Position numbers and translations under genes: made by a program. A stretch of DNA of 64,000 nucleotides. Origin: Candidatus Muproteobacteria bacterium (lineage in GTDB: Bacteria > Pseudomonadota > Gammaproteobacteria > Acidiferrobacterales > SPGG2). Location of the stretch: NCBI GenBank assembly GCA_003251795.1, contig QKEI01000117.1, forward strand, positions 4,738-68,737. Direction: 5' to 3'. Under the pieces are notes generated by a model that saw only the letters and a program-made list of their open reading frames with translations, was not told the DNA's origin and did not search any database. Below, in pieces: positions 1 through 9,527 of this stretch (within the stretch, counting starts at the first letter, position 1; the number at the start of each line of letters is the position of its first letter).

Positions 1-910
1 GGTCTGGATCGGGGGCTGGCCTGCAGGGCGGGTGCCCTGGGCACAGCCGGCGGGGGTGCCGCTACGAGTGGCCTTGGTGCAAGGCGACGTACCAATCGGC
101 ATGAAGTGGCGGCCCCAGTATCGGTCAACGGTGCTGCAGCGTTATCTCTCCTTGAGCGCGAAGGCGGGCGACGCTGCGCTTATTATCTGGCCGGAAGCCG
201 CCATGCCGACCTATCTCGATGAGATCGACCCCGCCTATCTTGCCGAATTGCGGCGGCGCTCACAGGAGCGAGGCAGTGATTTTCTCATCGGTGTGGTCGA
301 GCGTGACCGCACGCACGATGCTGTCTACAACAGCGTCATCAGTATCGGCTCGACCCCGGGTATCTACCGCAAACGTCATTTGGTACCGTTGGGAGAGTTT
401 CTGCCTTTTAAGAGCATCCTTTCCTGGTTGCTGGATTACCTGCAAATACCGATGTCGGATTTCACTCGCGGCGCTGCTCAACAGCCGGCGATCCACGCAG
501 CTGGGCAAGCCATCGGCGTGTCGATTTGTTATGAGGATGCCTTCGGCGCGGAAGTTATCCGTCAACTGCCGCAGGCCTCGTTGCTAGTCAACGTGAGCGA
601 GGATGCATGGTTCGGCAATTCCTTGGCCCCTCATCAGCGTCTGCAAATGGCACGTATGCGTGCCATCGAGAGCGCGCGGCCGATGCTGCGGGCAGCCAAC
701 ACCGGCCTATCGGCGATCATCGATGCCCGCGGGCAATTACTGGCGGTGTCTCCCCAGTTCCAGCCGTTTGTGCTGGTGGGTGAGGCACAACCGATGCAGG
801 GGGCGACACCCTTTGTGCGTTACGGCAACTGGGGGGTGATCACGGGGGCAGTGCTGGCGCTGGTGATTGCTGTGGCGATCGGCAGGCGCGTTAACGCACA
901 GCAGGCATGA
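1..910 (+). CDS. lnt: Apolipoprotein N-acyltransferase (5'-partial)
   Basis: Frame is open from the window edge. Nitrilase-fold triad motifs WPE, YRKRHLVP and ICYE, plus NVSEDAWFG, RAANTG and a C-terminal TM helix. Lies upstream of leuS. Confidence 0.96.
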   Translation, partial: VWIGGWPAGRVPWAQPAGVPLRVALVQGDVPIGMKWRPQYRSTVLQRYLSLSAKAGDAALIIWPEAAMPTYLDEIDPAYLAELRRRSQERGSDFLIGVVERDRTHDAVYNSVISIGSTPGIYRKRHLVPLGEFLPFKSILSWLLDYLQIPMSDFTRGAAQQPAIHAAGQAIGVSICYEDAFGAEVIRQLPQASLLVNVSEDAWFGNSLAPHQRLQMARMRAIESARPMLRAANTGLSAIIDARGQLLAVSPQFQPFVLVGEAQPMQGATPFVRYGNWGVITGAVLALVIAVAIGRRVNAQQA

Positions 911-1026
911 GTGGTGACGGGTCAAGCGCAGGCAGACAGATAAACGAGAAACGGTGTTTAGTTGCCGAGGTGTCGGCTGTATGGCAGGCTTGATCGATTG
1001 TCTAATTGTATCTTTGTCCTACACCT

Positions 1027-3681
1027 ATGAATGAGCGTTACTTTCCAGATCAGGTCGAGCGCGCCGCTCAGCAGTACTGGGATACGCATCAGACTTTCAA
1101 GGCACGGGAAGACCCGGCGTGCGAGAAGTTCTACTGCCTATCGATGTTCCCGTACCCGTCCGGTCGACTGCACATGGGCCATGTGCGCAACTATACGATC
1201 GGCGATGTGATCGCACGTTACCAACGCATGCGCGGCAAGAATGTGCTGCAGCCGATGGGTTGGGATGCCTTCGGGCTGCCGGCGGAAAATGCGGCGATGG
1301 CAAATGGTGTGCCGCCGGCAAAGTGGACCTATGACAACATCGCTTACATGAGGCGCCAGCTAAAGTCGCTTGGCTTCGCCATCGACTGGGAGCGCGAACT
1401 CGCCACTTGCCAGCCGGACTACTACCGCTGGAATCAGTGGCTGTTTCTGCGCATGCTCGAACGAGGCCTGGTTTACAAGACAACCGGTGTGGTCAACTGG
1501 GATCCGGTAGATCAGACAGTGTTAGCCAATGAGCAGGTGATCGACGGTCGCGGCTGGCGCACCGGCGCGCTGGTGGAGAAACGCGACATTCCAATGTATT
1601 ACATGAAGATTACCGCTTACGTGGCGGAGTTGCTCGAGCAGCTTGAGCAGCTTCCTGGCTGGCCGGAACGCGTCAGGACCATGCAAGCGAACTGGATCGG
1701 CCGCAGCGAAGGCGTCAACTTTGGTTTTCCCTATAAGCTCGACGGGGAAAGCAGGCTACTTAAGGTTTTCACCACGCGGGCGGACACGATCATGGGCGTC
1801 ACCTTCTGTGCGGTCGCTGCCGAGCACCCGCTCGCAGCACATGCCGCCAAGCATGATGCGGAAATCGCCGCCTTCGTCGAGGAGTGCAAGCGTGGCAGCG
1901 TCATGGAAGCCGACCTGGCAACGATCGAGAAACAGGGTCTTGCGACCGGGCTTTACGTCACCCATCCGCTCACCGACGAGCAGGTCGAGGTGTGGGTCGG
2001 GAACTACGTGCTGATGAGCTATGGCGAAGGCGCGGTGATGGGGGTACCAGCACACGATGAACGCGATTTTGCCTTTGCCAAGAAATACGGACTACCGATC
2101 AAGCCGGTGATCGACGTCGACGGCAAGCCTTACTCGACCGAAGCCTGGCAGACGTGGTACGCCGACTACGGGCGCTGCGTGAACTCCGGCAAATACGACG
2201 GCCTCGACTATCGTCAGGCGGTCGATGCCATCGCTGCCGACCTTGAGGCGATGGACCTCGGCGGCAAGCAAGTGAACTGGAGATTGCGTGATTGGGGTAT
2301 CTCGCGACAGCGTTACTGGGGATGTCCGATCCCGATCATTTACTGCGAGGCATGCGGCGAACTGCCGGTGCCGGATGAAGACCTCCCAGTTGTCCTGCCG
2401 GAGGATCTCGTGCCAGATGGCAGCGGCAACCCATTGGCAAAAACGCCGTCATTTTACCAATGCGTGTGCCCGAAGTGCGGCAGATCGGCGAAGCGCGAGA
2501 CTGACACCATGGACACGTTCGTCGACTCGTCGTGGTACTACATCCGCTATGCCTGTCGCGATCAGGGCAGGGCGATGGTCGATGAGCGCGCGGACTACTG
2601 GCTGCCGGTCGATCAGTACGTCGGCGGCATCGAGCACGCTATTCTGCACCTGCTGTACTCGCGCTTCTGGACTAAGGTCATGCGCGATCTTGGGCTGCTG
2701 AAAATCGACGAGCCTTTTACCAACCTGCTAACGCAGGGCATGGTGCTAAACGAGATCTTCTTTCGTAAGACGCCTGGAGGACGTCCCGTCTATTACAATC
2801 CGGCCGACGTGGATAGCGAACTAGACGATCGCGGACAGCGCATCGGCGCGGTACTGCGCGCGGATGGTCAGCCAGTAGAGTCGGATGGTATCGGCACCAT
2901 GTCTAAATCGAAGAACAACGGCGTCGACCCGGAAGCGTTAGTAGAAAAGTACGGCGCCGATACGGCGCGGTTATTCATGATGTTCGCTTCGCCGCCGGAA
3001 CAGACGCTCGAGTGGTCAGACTCGGGTGTTGAAGGTGCATATCGGTTCTTGAGGCGTCTCTGGAGTTTCGCGGTAGCAAAAGGCGCGTCCATTGCGTCTG
3101 CCAACCGCAACAGCGATATAAGCGCACGATTGCTTCGCAACAAGGGTTTGCCGAAGCCACTGGCGACAGTGCGGCGCGAGATTCACGTTAACCTACAACA
3201 GGCGAATCGCGACCTGGAAAAGTTTCAGTTCAATACGGTGGCATCTGCGGCAATGAAGATGCTGAATGTGCTGGAACGCGCCGTGCGACCCAGCGCGCTG
3301 GAGGAACAAAGCGGTCAACCGGACAATGGTGCGGCCTACGAGGCTGTGATCGGCGAGGGAATGTCGGTTCTGTTACGCGTGCTCTCGCCGGTGACACCGC
3401 ACATTTGCCACTATCTGTGGCGCGAGCTCGAGTTCGGTGAAGACATTCTCGCTTCTCTGTGGCCGCAAGCGGAGGAAAATGCCCTCGCCACGGAAGAAAT
3501 CGAGCTCGTGATTCAAGTCAACGGCAAGCTGCGCAGCCGAGTTTCGGTACCGGCGGATGCCGATGAGGGCACGGTGCGCCAAATCGCTTTGGCCGACAAT
3601 AACGTTGTGCGCCACGTTGGCGGTAAGGCGGTCAAGAAAGTGGTTATCGTACCCGGGCGCTTGATTAATATTGTTATTTGA
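1027..3681 (+). CDS. leuS: Leucine--tRNA ligase
   Basis: MFPYPSG-LHMGH (HIGH-like), TMSKSK (KMSKS-like) and [14 protein letters not shown]. Start placed at ATG 1027. Confidence 0.99.
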   Translation: MNERYFPDQVERAAQQYWDTHQTFKAREDPACEKFYCLSMFPYPSGRLHMGHVRNYTIGDVIARYQRMRGKNVLQPMGWDAFGLPAENAAMANGVPPAKWTYDNIAYMRRQLKSLGFAIDWERELATCQPDYYRWNQWLFLRMLERGLVYKTTGVVNWDPVDQTVLANEQVIDGRGWRTGALVEKRDIPMYYMKITAYVAELLEQLEQLPGWPERVRTMQANWIGRSEGVNFGFPYKLDGESRLLKVFTTRADTIMGVTFCAVAAEHPLAAHAAKHDAEIAAFVEECKRGSVMEADLATIEKQGLATGLYVTHPLTDEQVEVWVGNYVLMSYGEGAVMGVPAHDERDFAFAKKYGLPIKPVIDVDGKPYSTEAWQTWYADYGRCVNSGKYDGLDYRQAVDAIAADLEAMDLGGKQVNWRLRDWGISRQRYWGCPIPIIYCEACGELPVPDEDLPVVLPEDLVPDGSGNPLAKTPSFYQCVCPKCGRSAKRETDTMDTFVDSSWYYIRYACRDQGRAMVDERADYWLPVDQYVGGIEHAILHLLYSRFWTKVMRDLGLLKIDEPFTNLLTQGMVLNEIFFRKTPGGRPVYYNPADVDSELDDRGQRIGAVLRADGQPVESDGIGTMSKSKNNGVDPEALVEKYGADTARLFMMFASPPEQTLEWSDSGVEGAYRFLRRLWSFAVAKGASIASANRNSDISARLLRNKGLPKPLATVRREIHVNLQQANRDLEKFQFNTVASAAMKMLNVLERAVRPSALEEQSGQPDNGAAYEAVIGEGMSVLLRVLSPVTPHICHYLWRELEFGEDILASLWPQAEENALATEEIELVIQVNGKLRSRVSVPADADEGTVRQIALADNNVVRHVGGKAVKKVVIVPGRLINIVI

Positions 3682-3709
3682 TGGCAGATAATTGACGGGT
3701 ACCAGCAGC

Positions 3710-4246
3710 ATGACGACCGATCGCAATCACGGCGTTGCCAAGCGCCGCACCATGGGCGTACTGTTCGCTGGCATTTGCCTACTGTTGTCGGGTTGCGGCT
3801 TTCATCTGAGCGGCGTCGGTGAGCACCAGCAATTTCCGCAATCACTGAGCACACTGCAGGTGCGCCAAGAGAATGTTCAAGATAATGCATTGAAAGTTGA
3901 GATGGAGCGCGCTTTGAAGACACAGGCGCGGGTACAGGTCGTATCTGGCCCGCAGTCGACACCGGTGCTGACGCTTTACGACGAACGCTCTGAAACCCGG
4001 GCCGTTTCGGTGGATCAAAACGTGCGCGTGAGCGAGTTCCTAATAACCTACCACCTGTCCTTTGACGTGAAAGACGCATCGGGCAAGGAGCTCGTGAAAC
4101 GACAGGGCATTACCCTGCAACGGAACTTCAGTTTCGACAAGAACGCAGTATTGGCGATGGAACGCGAGGCCCAGGAGATTCAGGCGCGTATGCGAACAGA
4201 TGCCGTGCAACAGATCATCCGTCGGTTGGCAGCGAGTAAGTCGTAA
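3710..4246 (+). CDS. lptE: LPS assembly lipoprotein LptE
   Basis: Lipobox LSGC followed by GFHL. leuS-lptE-holA synteny. Start uncertain. Confidence 0.93.
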   Translation: MTTDRNHGVAKRRTMGVLFAGICLLLSGCGFHLSGVGEHQQFPQSLSTLQVRQENVQDNALKVEMERALKTQARVQVVSGPQSTPVLTLYDERSETRAVSVDQNVRVSEFLITYHLSFDVKDASGKELVKRQGITLQRNFSFDKNAVLAMEREAQEIQARMRTDAVQQIIRRLAASKS

Positions 4247-4256
4247 GCGGAGTGCC

Positions 4257-5291
4257 GTGCGTCTTTACGCCAACCAACTAAGCGATCACCTGCAAAGCAA
4301 CCTCGCCAGCATTTATCTAATTGCCGGTGATGAAACGTTGTTGGTGGACGAGTGTTGCCAGGCCGTGCGCAAGGCTGCGGCGGCACGGGGTCATACCGAG
4401 CGCCAAGTATTGACGGTGGAACCAGGATTCGATTGGAACACGCTGCAGGGTGCCGTGCAGTCACTTTCGCTATTCTCGAGCAAACGTCTCGTGGAGTTGC
4501 GCCTGGTCGCGGGTGTGCCGAACGAGAACGGCGCCAAGCTCTTGAGTGAACTTGCATCGTGTCTGCAGGACGTGTTGCTGTTGATAAGCGCCGGCCGCCT
4601 TGACAAGCGCACCCAAAACAGTCGTTGGGTGCAGGCGCTGGAGGTGGCTGGAGTAGTCGTGTTGGTCTATCCGCCGGAAGCAAGTGCGCTGCCGCGCTGG
4701 ATCGCCCAGCGCATGCGCGCTCGCGGCCTCATGCCTGAACGCGGGGTAGCCGAGCTATTGGCTTATCATTTTGAAGGGAATCTGCTCGGTGCCGCGCAAG
4801 AAGTGGATAAGCTAGCGGTATTGCACGGTGCTGCAGCGGTTTCCCTGGATGACATGCGGGAGGATCTCAGCGACAATGCCCGCTTCAGTGTGTTCACCCT
4901 TGTTGATACGTGTTTGCGAGGTGAGTTCGCGTCTGTGCAACGCATTCTTGCCAGCCTGCGCGGTGACGGTACCGAACCCATATTAATTCTGCGTGTGCTG
5001 GCGCGCGAAGCGCGCAGCTTAGCGCAGATTACGACGCGCTTAAGCCGCGGCGAGCGCGAGTCGCAGGTGTTACAGTCCTTTGGTGTCTGGCCACGCCGGC
5101 GTGCACTCGTTACCCAGGCACTGCGACGCAACGACGCCGACGGTTGGCACCGGGTACTGCGCCAAGCCGCGCGTGCTGACAAGATTCTCAAAGGCAGATT
5201 GCCAGGCGATATCTGGCAGGAGTTACAATGCCTGACACTGGCCATATGCGGGCGCTACGCAAATGCGTGTGCGCTCACGGAAAGGGGCTAG
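4257..5291 (+). CDS. holA: DNA polymerase III delta subunit
   Basis: IYLIAGDETLL, SLSLFSSKRLVEL and EGNLLGAAQEVDKL motifs. GTG start at 4257. Synteny. Confidence 0.97.
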   Translation: MRLYANQLSDHLQSNLASIYLIAGDETLLVDECCQAVRKAAAARGHTERQVLTVEPGFDWNTLQGAVQSLSLFSSKRLVELRLVAGVPNENGAKLLSELASCLQDVLLLISAGRLDKRTQNSRWVQALEVAGVVVLVYPPEASALPRWIAQRMRARGLMPERGVAELLAYHFEGNLLGAAQEVDKLAVLHGAAAVSLDDMREDLSDNARFSVFTLVDTCLRGEFASVQRILASLRGDGTEPILILRVLAREARSLAQITTRLSRGERESQVLQSFGVWPRRRALVTQALRRNDADGWHRVLRQAARADKILKGRLPGDIWQELQCLTLAICGRYANACALTERG

Positions 5292-5386
5292 AAAGATGCT
5301 GAGAAGGGCCACCCCTGCCTCACTTGCATGTTCGCCTCCGTGCACTGCTAGGTCGCATAAGCGAGTGCCGGCACGCTTCAGGTTTG

Positions 5387-5692
5387 ATGATGAAGACAGT
5401 TTCTAGGCAAAGCTTTGATGCAAGCATCGCCGTTTACATGACGCAGATAGGCGAGCGCGCCCGCGCGGCTGCACATGTCGTCGGTCAAGCAGGGAGTGCG
5501 CAGAAGGACGCGGCCTTGCACGCGATCGCACAAAGCATTCATGAGCAATCGCAAGCCATCCTCGCCGCGAACAGCGAGGATCTCAAAGCCGGGGCCAGTA
5601 CCGACAAACTGCATGCCCGGGGTCCGGTCGGGCTAGAGGGGCTGACTTCGCAGAAGTTCATCGTTATTGGAGATGGACAAGTCAGAAAATAG
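5387..5692 (+). pseudogene. proA: Gamma-glutamyl phosphate reductase with a large in-frame internal deletion
   Basis: ProA N-terminus (IGERARAAA...ILAANSEDL) is fused directly to the ProA C-terminus ([30 protein letters not shown]). 101 aa versus about 420 aa normally. Sits in the usual holA-proA-nadD position. Confidence 0.92.
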
Positions 5693-5788
5693 CTACAGTT
5701 GCTTGGGAGACAAGAAAGGACCGTTGAAGCGGTTGTACATTTCGTCCGCCAACCTTGATCGTGCATTTCGGCTCCCGTTTCAGCACGC

Positions 5789-6424
5789 GTGATCGGTATT
5801 CTCGGGGGCACGTTTGATCCGATCCACTACGGTCACTTGCGGCCAGCCGCACAGGTTTTGCTGGCGCTCGATCTTGCAGAAATCCGCTTTGTCCCGACCG
5901 CCCGACCGCCGCATCGAAAGCCGCCGGAGGCGAGCTACGAACACCGATTGCGCATGGTCGAGCTAGCCGTGGCACCACACGAGCGCTTACACGTTGATGA
6001 TCGCGAGAGTCGTATAGCGGGGCCGTCCTACACCGTGCTCACGCTTGAATCGCTGCGTGCAGAGCTTGGTGAGCAGCCGCTGTGTCTGTTGATCGGCAGT
6101 GACGCATTTCGCGGAATCGAGTCCTGGTATCAGTGGCGACGCCTGTTGCAGCTCGCAAATATCGTGGTCATGGAACGGCCCGGCTCGCCGATGTCGACGG
6201 TAGCGCAGTTGCCGTCATGGGCGCAGGAGCATGTTTGCCGCGATAAGGACGAGCTCGCCGATAAACCCAGCGGTATGCTGTGGTTACAGCATGTTGACCC
6301 GCAGGACATCTCGGCATCCGGTATTCGCGCGATGATCGAGCACGGCCAGTCCATTGCCGATTTAGTGCCCCATGCGGTGTGGGATTACATACGCCGAAAT
6401 CGCCTTTACCATTACAAAGACTAG
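5789..6424 (+). CDS. nadD: Nicotinate-nucleotide adenylyltransferase
   Basis: GGTFDPIHYGH, PSYTV and ISASGIR motifs. Confidence 0.98.
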   Translation: MIGILGGTFDPIHYGHLRPAAQVLLALDLAEIRFVPTARPPHRKPPEASYEHRLRMVELAVAPHERLHVDDRESRIAGPSYTVLTLESLRAELGEQPLCLLIGSDAFRGIESWYQWRRLLQLANIVVMERPGSPMSTVAQLPSWAQEHVCRDKDELADKPSGMLWLQHVDPQDISASGIRAMIEHGQSIADLVPHAVWDYIRRNRLYHYKD

Positions 6425-6432
6425 GAAGTCTA

Positions 6433-6780
6433 ATGCGAAGATCGTTGTTGCGGACCATTCAAGACATTCTTGTCGACGCTAAAGGATTGGAAGTTCGTGT
6501 GCTCGATGTACGTCAGCTCACGGACATCACGGATTACATGATCATCGTCAATGGCACTTCCACGCGCCACGTGTTATCGGTGGCAGACAAGTTAGTTGAA
6601 GGAATGCGTCAACATGGCGTAAGGAGTCTCGGCGTGGAAGGTGCCGACATAGGTGAGTGGGTATTGGTCGATTTCGGAGATGTTGTTGTTCACGTGATGC
6701 GGCCGCAAACGCGCCAGTTCTACAATCTCGAAAAACTATGGGGCGGTGCAGAAGCACCGGGCGGGGCGCTCGAAATCTGA
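6433..6780 (+). CDS. rsfS: Ribosome silencing factor
   Basis: WVLVDFGDVVVHVM and RQFYNLEKLW. nadD-rsfS-rlmH synteny. Confidence 0.97.
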   Translation: MRRSLLRTIQDILVDAKGLEVRVLDVRQLTDITDYMIIVNGTSTRHVLSVADKLVEGMRQHGVRSLGVEGADIGEWVLVDFGDVVVHVMRPQTRQFYNLEKLWGGAEAPGGALEI

Positions 6781-6845
6781 AGGTAGGGCGCTGTCTGCGC
6801 TCGCGCGAGCACGCCGGAGTGATCGACTAATCCCGCAAAGCGAAC

Positions 6846-7313
6846 GTGCAAATTCATATCATTGCGGTCGGAAACCGCATGCCGGCTTGGGTCGAGCAGG
6901 CGTATGCGCAGTATGCCAAGCGCATGCCGGCGCACATACGCGTGCGACTGCGGCAGCTGTCTCCTGGCAAGCGCTCGAAGGGCGCCGACATCGAGCGTGT
7001 GCTGCGGGATGAGGGTGAACGCGTACTGGCGGCTACGCCCAAGGGCGCCCGCGCCATTGCGCTTGAGCGCCGCGGGCGCCAGCTCGATACGCTTGCGCTG
7101 GCGCAGGCGTTGCGCGAGTGGATGGCCCAGGGTCGTGATATCGCGCTGTGGATCGGTGGACCCGAAGGGCTGGCAGAGAATTGTCTAATACAGGCGCAGG
7201 AGCAATGGTCGCTATCGGCATTGACGCTTGCCCATCCGATCGTGCGTGTGGTGGTGGTGGAGCAGCTGTATCGTGCATGGAGCATCATCGCTAACCTGCC
7301 CTATCACCGGTAG
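6846..7313 (+). CDS. rlmH: 23S rRNA m3Psi1915 methyltransferase
   Basis: IGGPEGL, EQLYRAWSI and C-terminal PYHR. Confidence 0.98.
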   Translation: MQIHIIAVGNRMPAWVEQAYAQYAKRMPAHIRVRLRQLSPGKRSKGADIERVLRDEGERVLAATPKGARAIALERRGRQLDTLALAQALREWMAQGRDIALWIGGPEGLAENCLIQAQEQWSLSALTLAHPIVRVVVVEQLYRAWSIIANLPYHR

Positions 7314-7343
7314 CCTGCGAGAGCCGGTCGGTACCTGGAGTAA

Positions 7344-7931
7344 GTGTTGTCGAAAATCTACCTTGCATCGACTTCTCCCCGCAGACAGGACCTCCTGCGC
7401 CAATTGGGGATCGCCTTCGACGTGATCGCACCGGATATTGCCGAGCAACGACTGGAGGATGAGTCTGGGGCGACGTATGTAAAGCGGATCGCAGCAGAAA
7501 AGGCACGACAGGTGTCGCGGCTAGTGCAACAGCGTCGGTTACCGGCGCGACCGGTATTGGCGGCGGACACGTGCATCCTGTTGGATCATGAAATCCTCGG
7601 CAAACCTCGTGATCGCGCCCACGGCGAGACCATGCTTCGTCGCCTTTCAGGGCGTGAACACACCGTGCTGACCGCAGTGGCGATCGTGCACTTAAACGTC
7701 GAGCACGTGGCGCTCAGCGTGAGTCAGGTACGTTTCCGAGTCTTGACGGAGGACGAAATAATCCAATATTGCAACACTGGGGAGCCATGCGACAAGGCGG
7801 GTGCCTATGCCTTGCAGGGGCGAGGGGCCGCGTTCGTCAGCAACATCGACGGCAGCTATTCTGGAATTGTCGGCCTGCCGCTATACGAGGTCGCGCAACT
7901 ACTACGACAGATCGGATCGAAGCCAACGTGA
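7344..7931 (+). CDS. maf: Maf family nucleoside triphosphate pyrophosphatase (YhdE-type)
   Basis: YLASTSPRR, LAADT, ILGKP and DKAGAY motifs. Confidence 0.96.
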   Translation: MLSKIYLASTSPRRQDLLRQLGIAFDVIAPDIAEQRLEDESGATYVKRIAAEKARQVSRLVQQRRLPARPVLAADTCILLDHEILGKPRDRAHGETMLRRLSGREHTVLTAVAIVHLNVEHVALSVSQVRFRVLTEDEIIQYCNTGEPCDKAGAYALQGRGAAFVSNIDGSYSGIVGLPLYEVAQLLRQIGSKPT

Positions 7932-9397
7932 GCGAGGAGATCCTCATCAATGTAACCCCGCAGGAAACGCGGGTGGCGGTCGTCGAAAACGGCATGTTGC
8001 AAGAATTGCACATCGAACGCACACACGCCCGTGGGATCGTCGGTAACATCTATAAGGGCAAGGTAGCGCGGATTTTGCCTGGCATGCAGGCAGCGTTTGT
8101 TGATATTGGCTTGGAACGTGCTGCATTTCTGCATGCGGCTGACCTGCGGGTGCCACCGCAACAGCTTGCGAGTGGCGAGATACAGGTACAGACGCCGATC
8201 GTCGAATTGCTGCGCGAGGGAGAGGAGATCATCGTACAGGTGTCGCGAGATCCGCTTGGCAGCAAGGGCGCTCGTCTTACCATGAATATTACCTTGCCGG
8301 CACGTTATCTGGTGTATATGCCGTTTACCAAGCACATCGGTATTTCACAAAAGATCGAAGACGAGGCCGCCCGCGAGCGCTTGCGCGAGTTGCTGAAAGC
8401 AGCTACTGAAGATGGCGCTCAAGGAGGATATATCTTGCGCACCATGGCAGAGACCGCCCGTGAGGATGAACTCAGGAATGACATTCACTATCTGCGCCGG
8501 GTGTGGGATGTTGTGCAGGAGAAAATCGTGTCGGCTGGCCCCTGTACATTGGTGCACGCTGATTTGCCGTTAGCTCTGCGGGCCATGCGTGATCTGGTCC
8601 GCAGCGGTGTCGAGCAGATACGGCTGGATTCTCGCGAAACGTTCCAGAAAGCTGAGGAGTTCGCGGGCGAGTTTATCCCTGAGTTGCAAGCGCACATCGA
8701 GTACTATCCTGGTGAGCGCCCGATTTTTGATCTCTATTCCGTCGAAGATGAAATCAAAAAGGCGCTCGATCGCAAGGTGCCGCTGAAATCGGGCGGCTAC
8801 GTCATTGTCGATCAAACCGAAGCCATGACCACGATTGACGTCAATACCGGCGCTTATGTGGGACGGCGCACGCTCGAGGAGACGTTATTTAAAACCAATC
8901 TTGAGGCAGCGCAGGCAATTGCTCGGCAACTACGCCTACGAAATATCGGGGGTATTATCATCATCGATTTTATCGATATGGCAGACCCCGAGCACCGGCG
9001 CCAGGTCGTGCGCGCGCTGGAGAAAGCGCTGGCACATGACCGTGCGAAGGTGCATATCGTTGAAATGTCGGGGCTCGGTCTAGTAGAGCTTACGCGCAAG
9101 CGCACGCGCGAAAGTCTCGAGCGCGTGCTCTGTGAACCATGCCCCACATGTAATGGTCGTGGCATACTGAAGACAGCGCAGACTGTGTGTTATGAAATCT
9201 TTCGTGAGATCTTGCGTGAAGCGCGCCAATTCGGCACAGACAAGTACATGGTATTGGCCTCCCAGGTTGTTATCGACATGTTGCTCGACGAAGAAGCCGA
9301 GGGTCTTGCCAAGCTGCAGGAATTTATTCGCAGGCCGATCACCCTGCAGGTGGAGCCGCTTTATCATCAGGAGCAGTACGATATTGTACCGATGTGA
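7928..9397 (+). CDS. rng: Ribonuclease G
   Basis: EILINVTPQETRVA, S1 domain GNIYKGKV and IDVNTG. GTG start overlaps the maf stop (GTGA). Confidence 0.98.
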   Translation: MSEEILINVTPQETRVAVVENGMLQELHIERTHARGIVGNIYKGKVARILPGMQAAFVDIGLERAAFLHAADLRVPPQQLASGEIQVQTPIVELLREGEEIIVQVSRDPLGSKGARLTMNITLPARYLVYMPFTKHIGISQKIEDEAARERLRELLKAATEDGAQGGYILRTMAETAREDELRNDIHYLRRVWDVVQEKIVSAGPCTLVHADLPLALRAMRDLVRSGVEQIRLDSRETFQKAEEFAGEFIPELQAHIEYYPGERPIFDLYSVEDEIKKALDRKVPLKSGGYVIVDQTEAMTTIDVNTGAYVGRRTLEETLFKTNLEAAQAIARQLRLRNIGGIIIIDFIDMADPEHRRQVVRALEKALAHDRAKVHIVEMSGLGLVELTRKRTRESLERVLCEPCPTCNGRGILKTAQTVCYEIFREILREARQFGTDKYMVLASQVVIDMLLDEEAEGLAKLQEFIRRPITLQVEPLYHQEQYDIVPM

Positions 9398-9527
9398 TCC
9401 TGACATCAGTTTGGTTGCACGCGGGTGCGTATTGGCGAAGTGCAAAGCGGTCTCACGCGCATACAACACCGTCGATAGCGGGGCAGGCGCACGCACGCAT
9501 GAGTATCGGCGAGTAACGGCGGGTTAA

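Noticed and set aside
6798-6809. Palindrome GCTCGCGCGAGC, and CCCGCGCGGG in the hisB-hisH spacer
   Set aside because: Short GC-rich palindromes that do not recur in the window. No evidence for a REP family.
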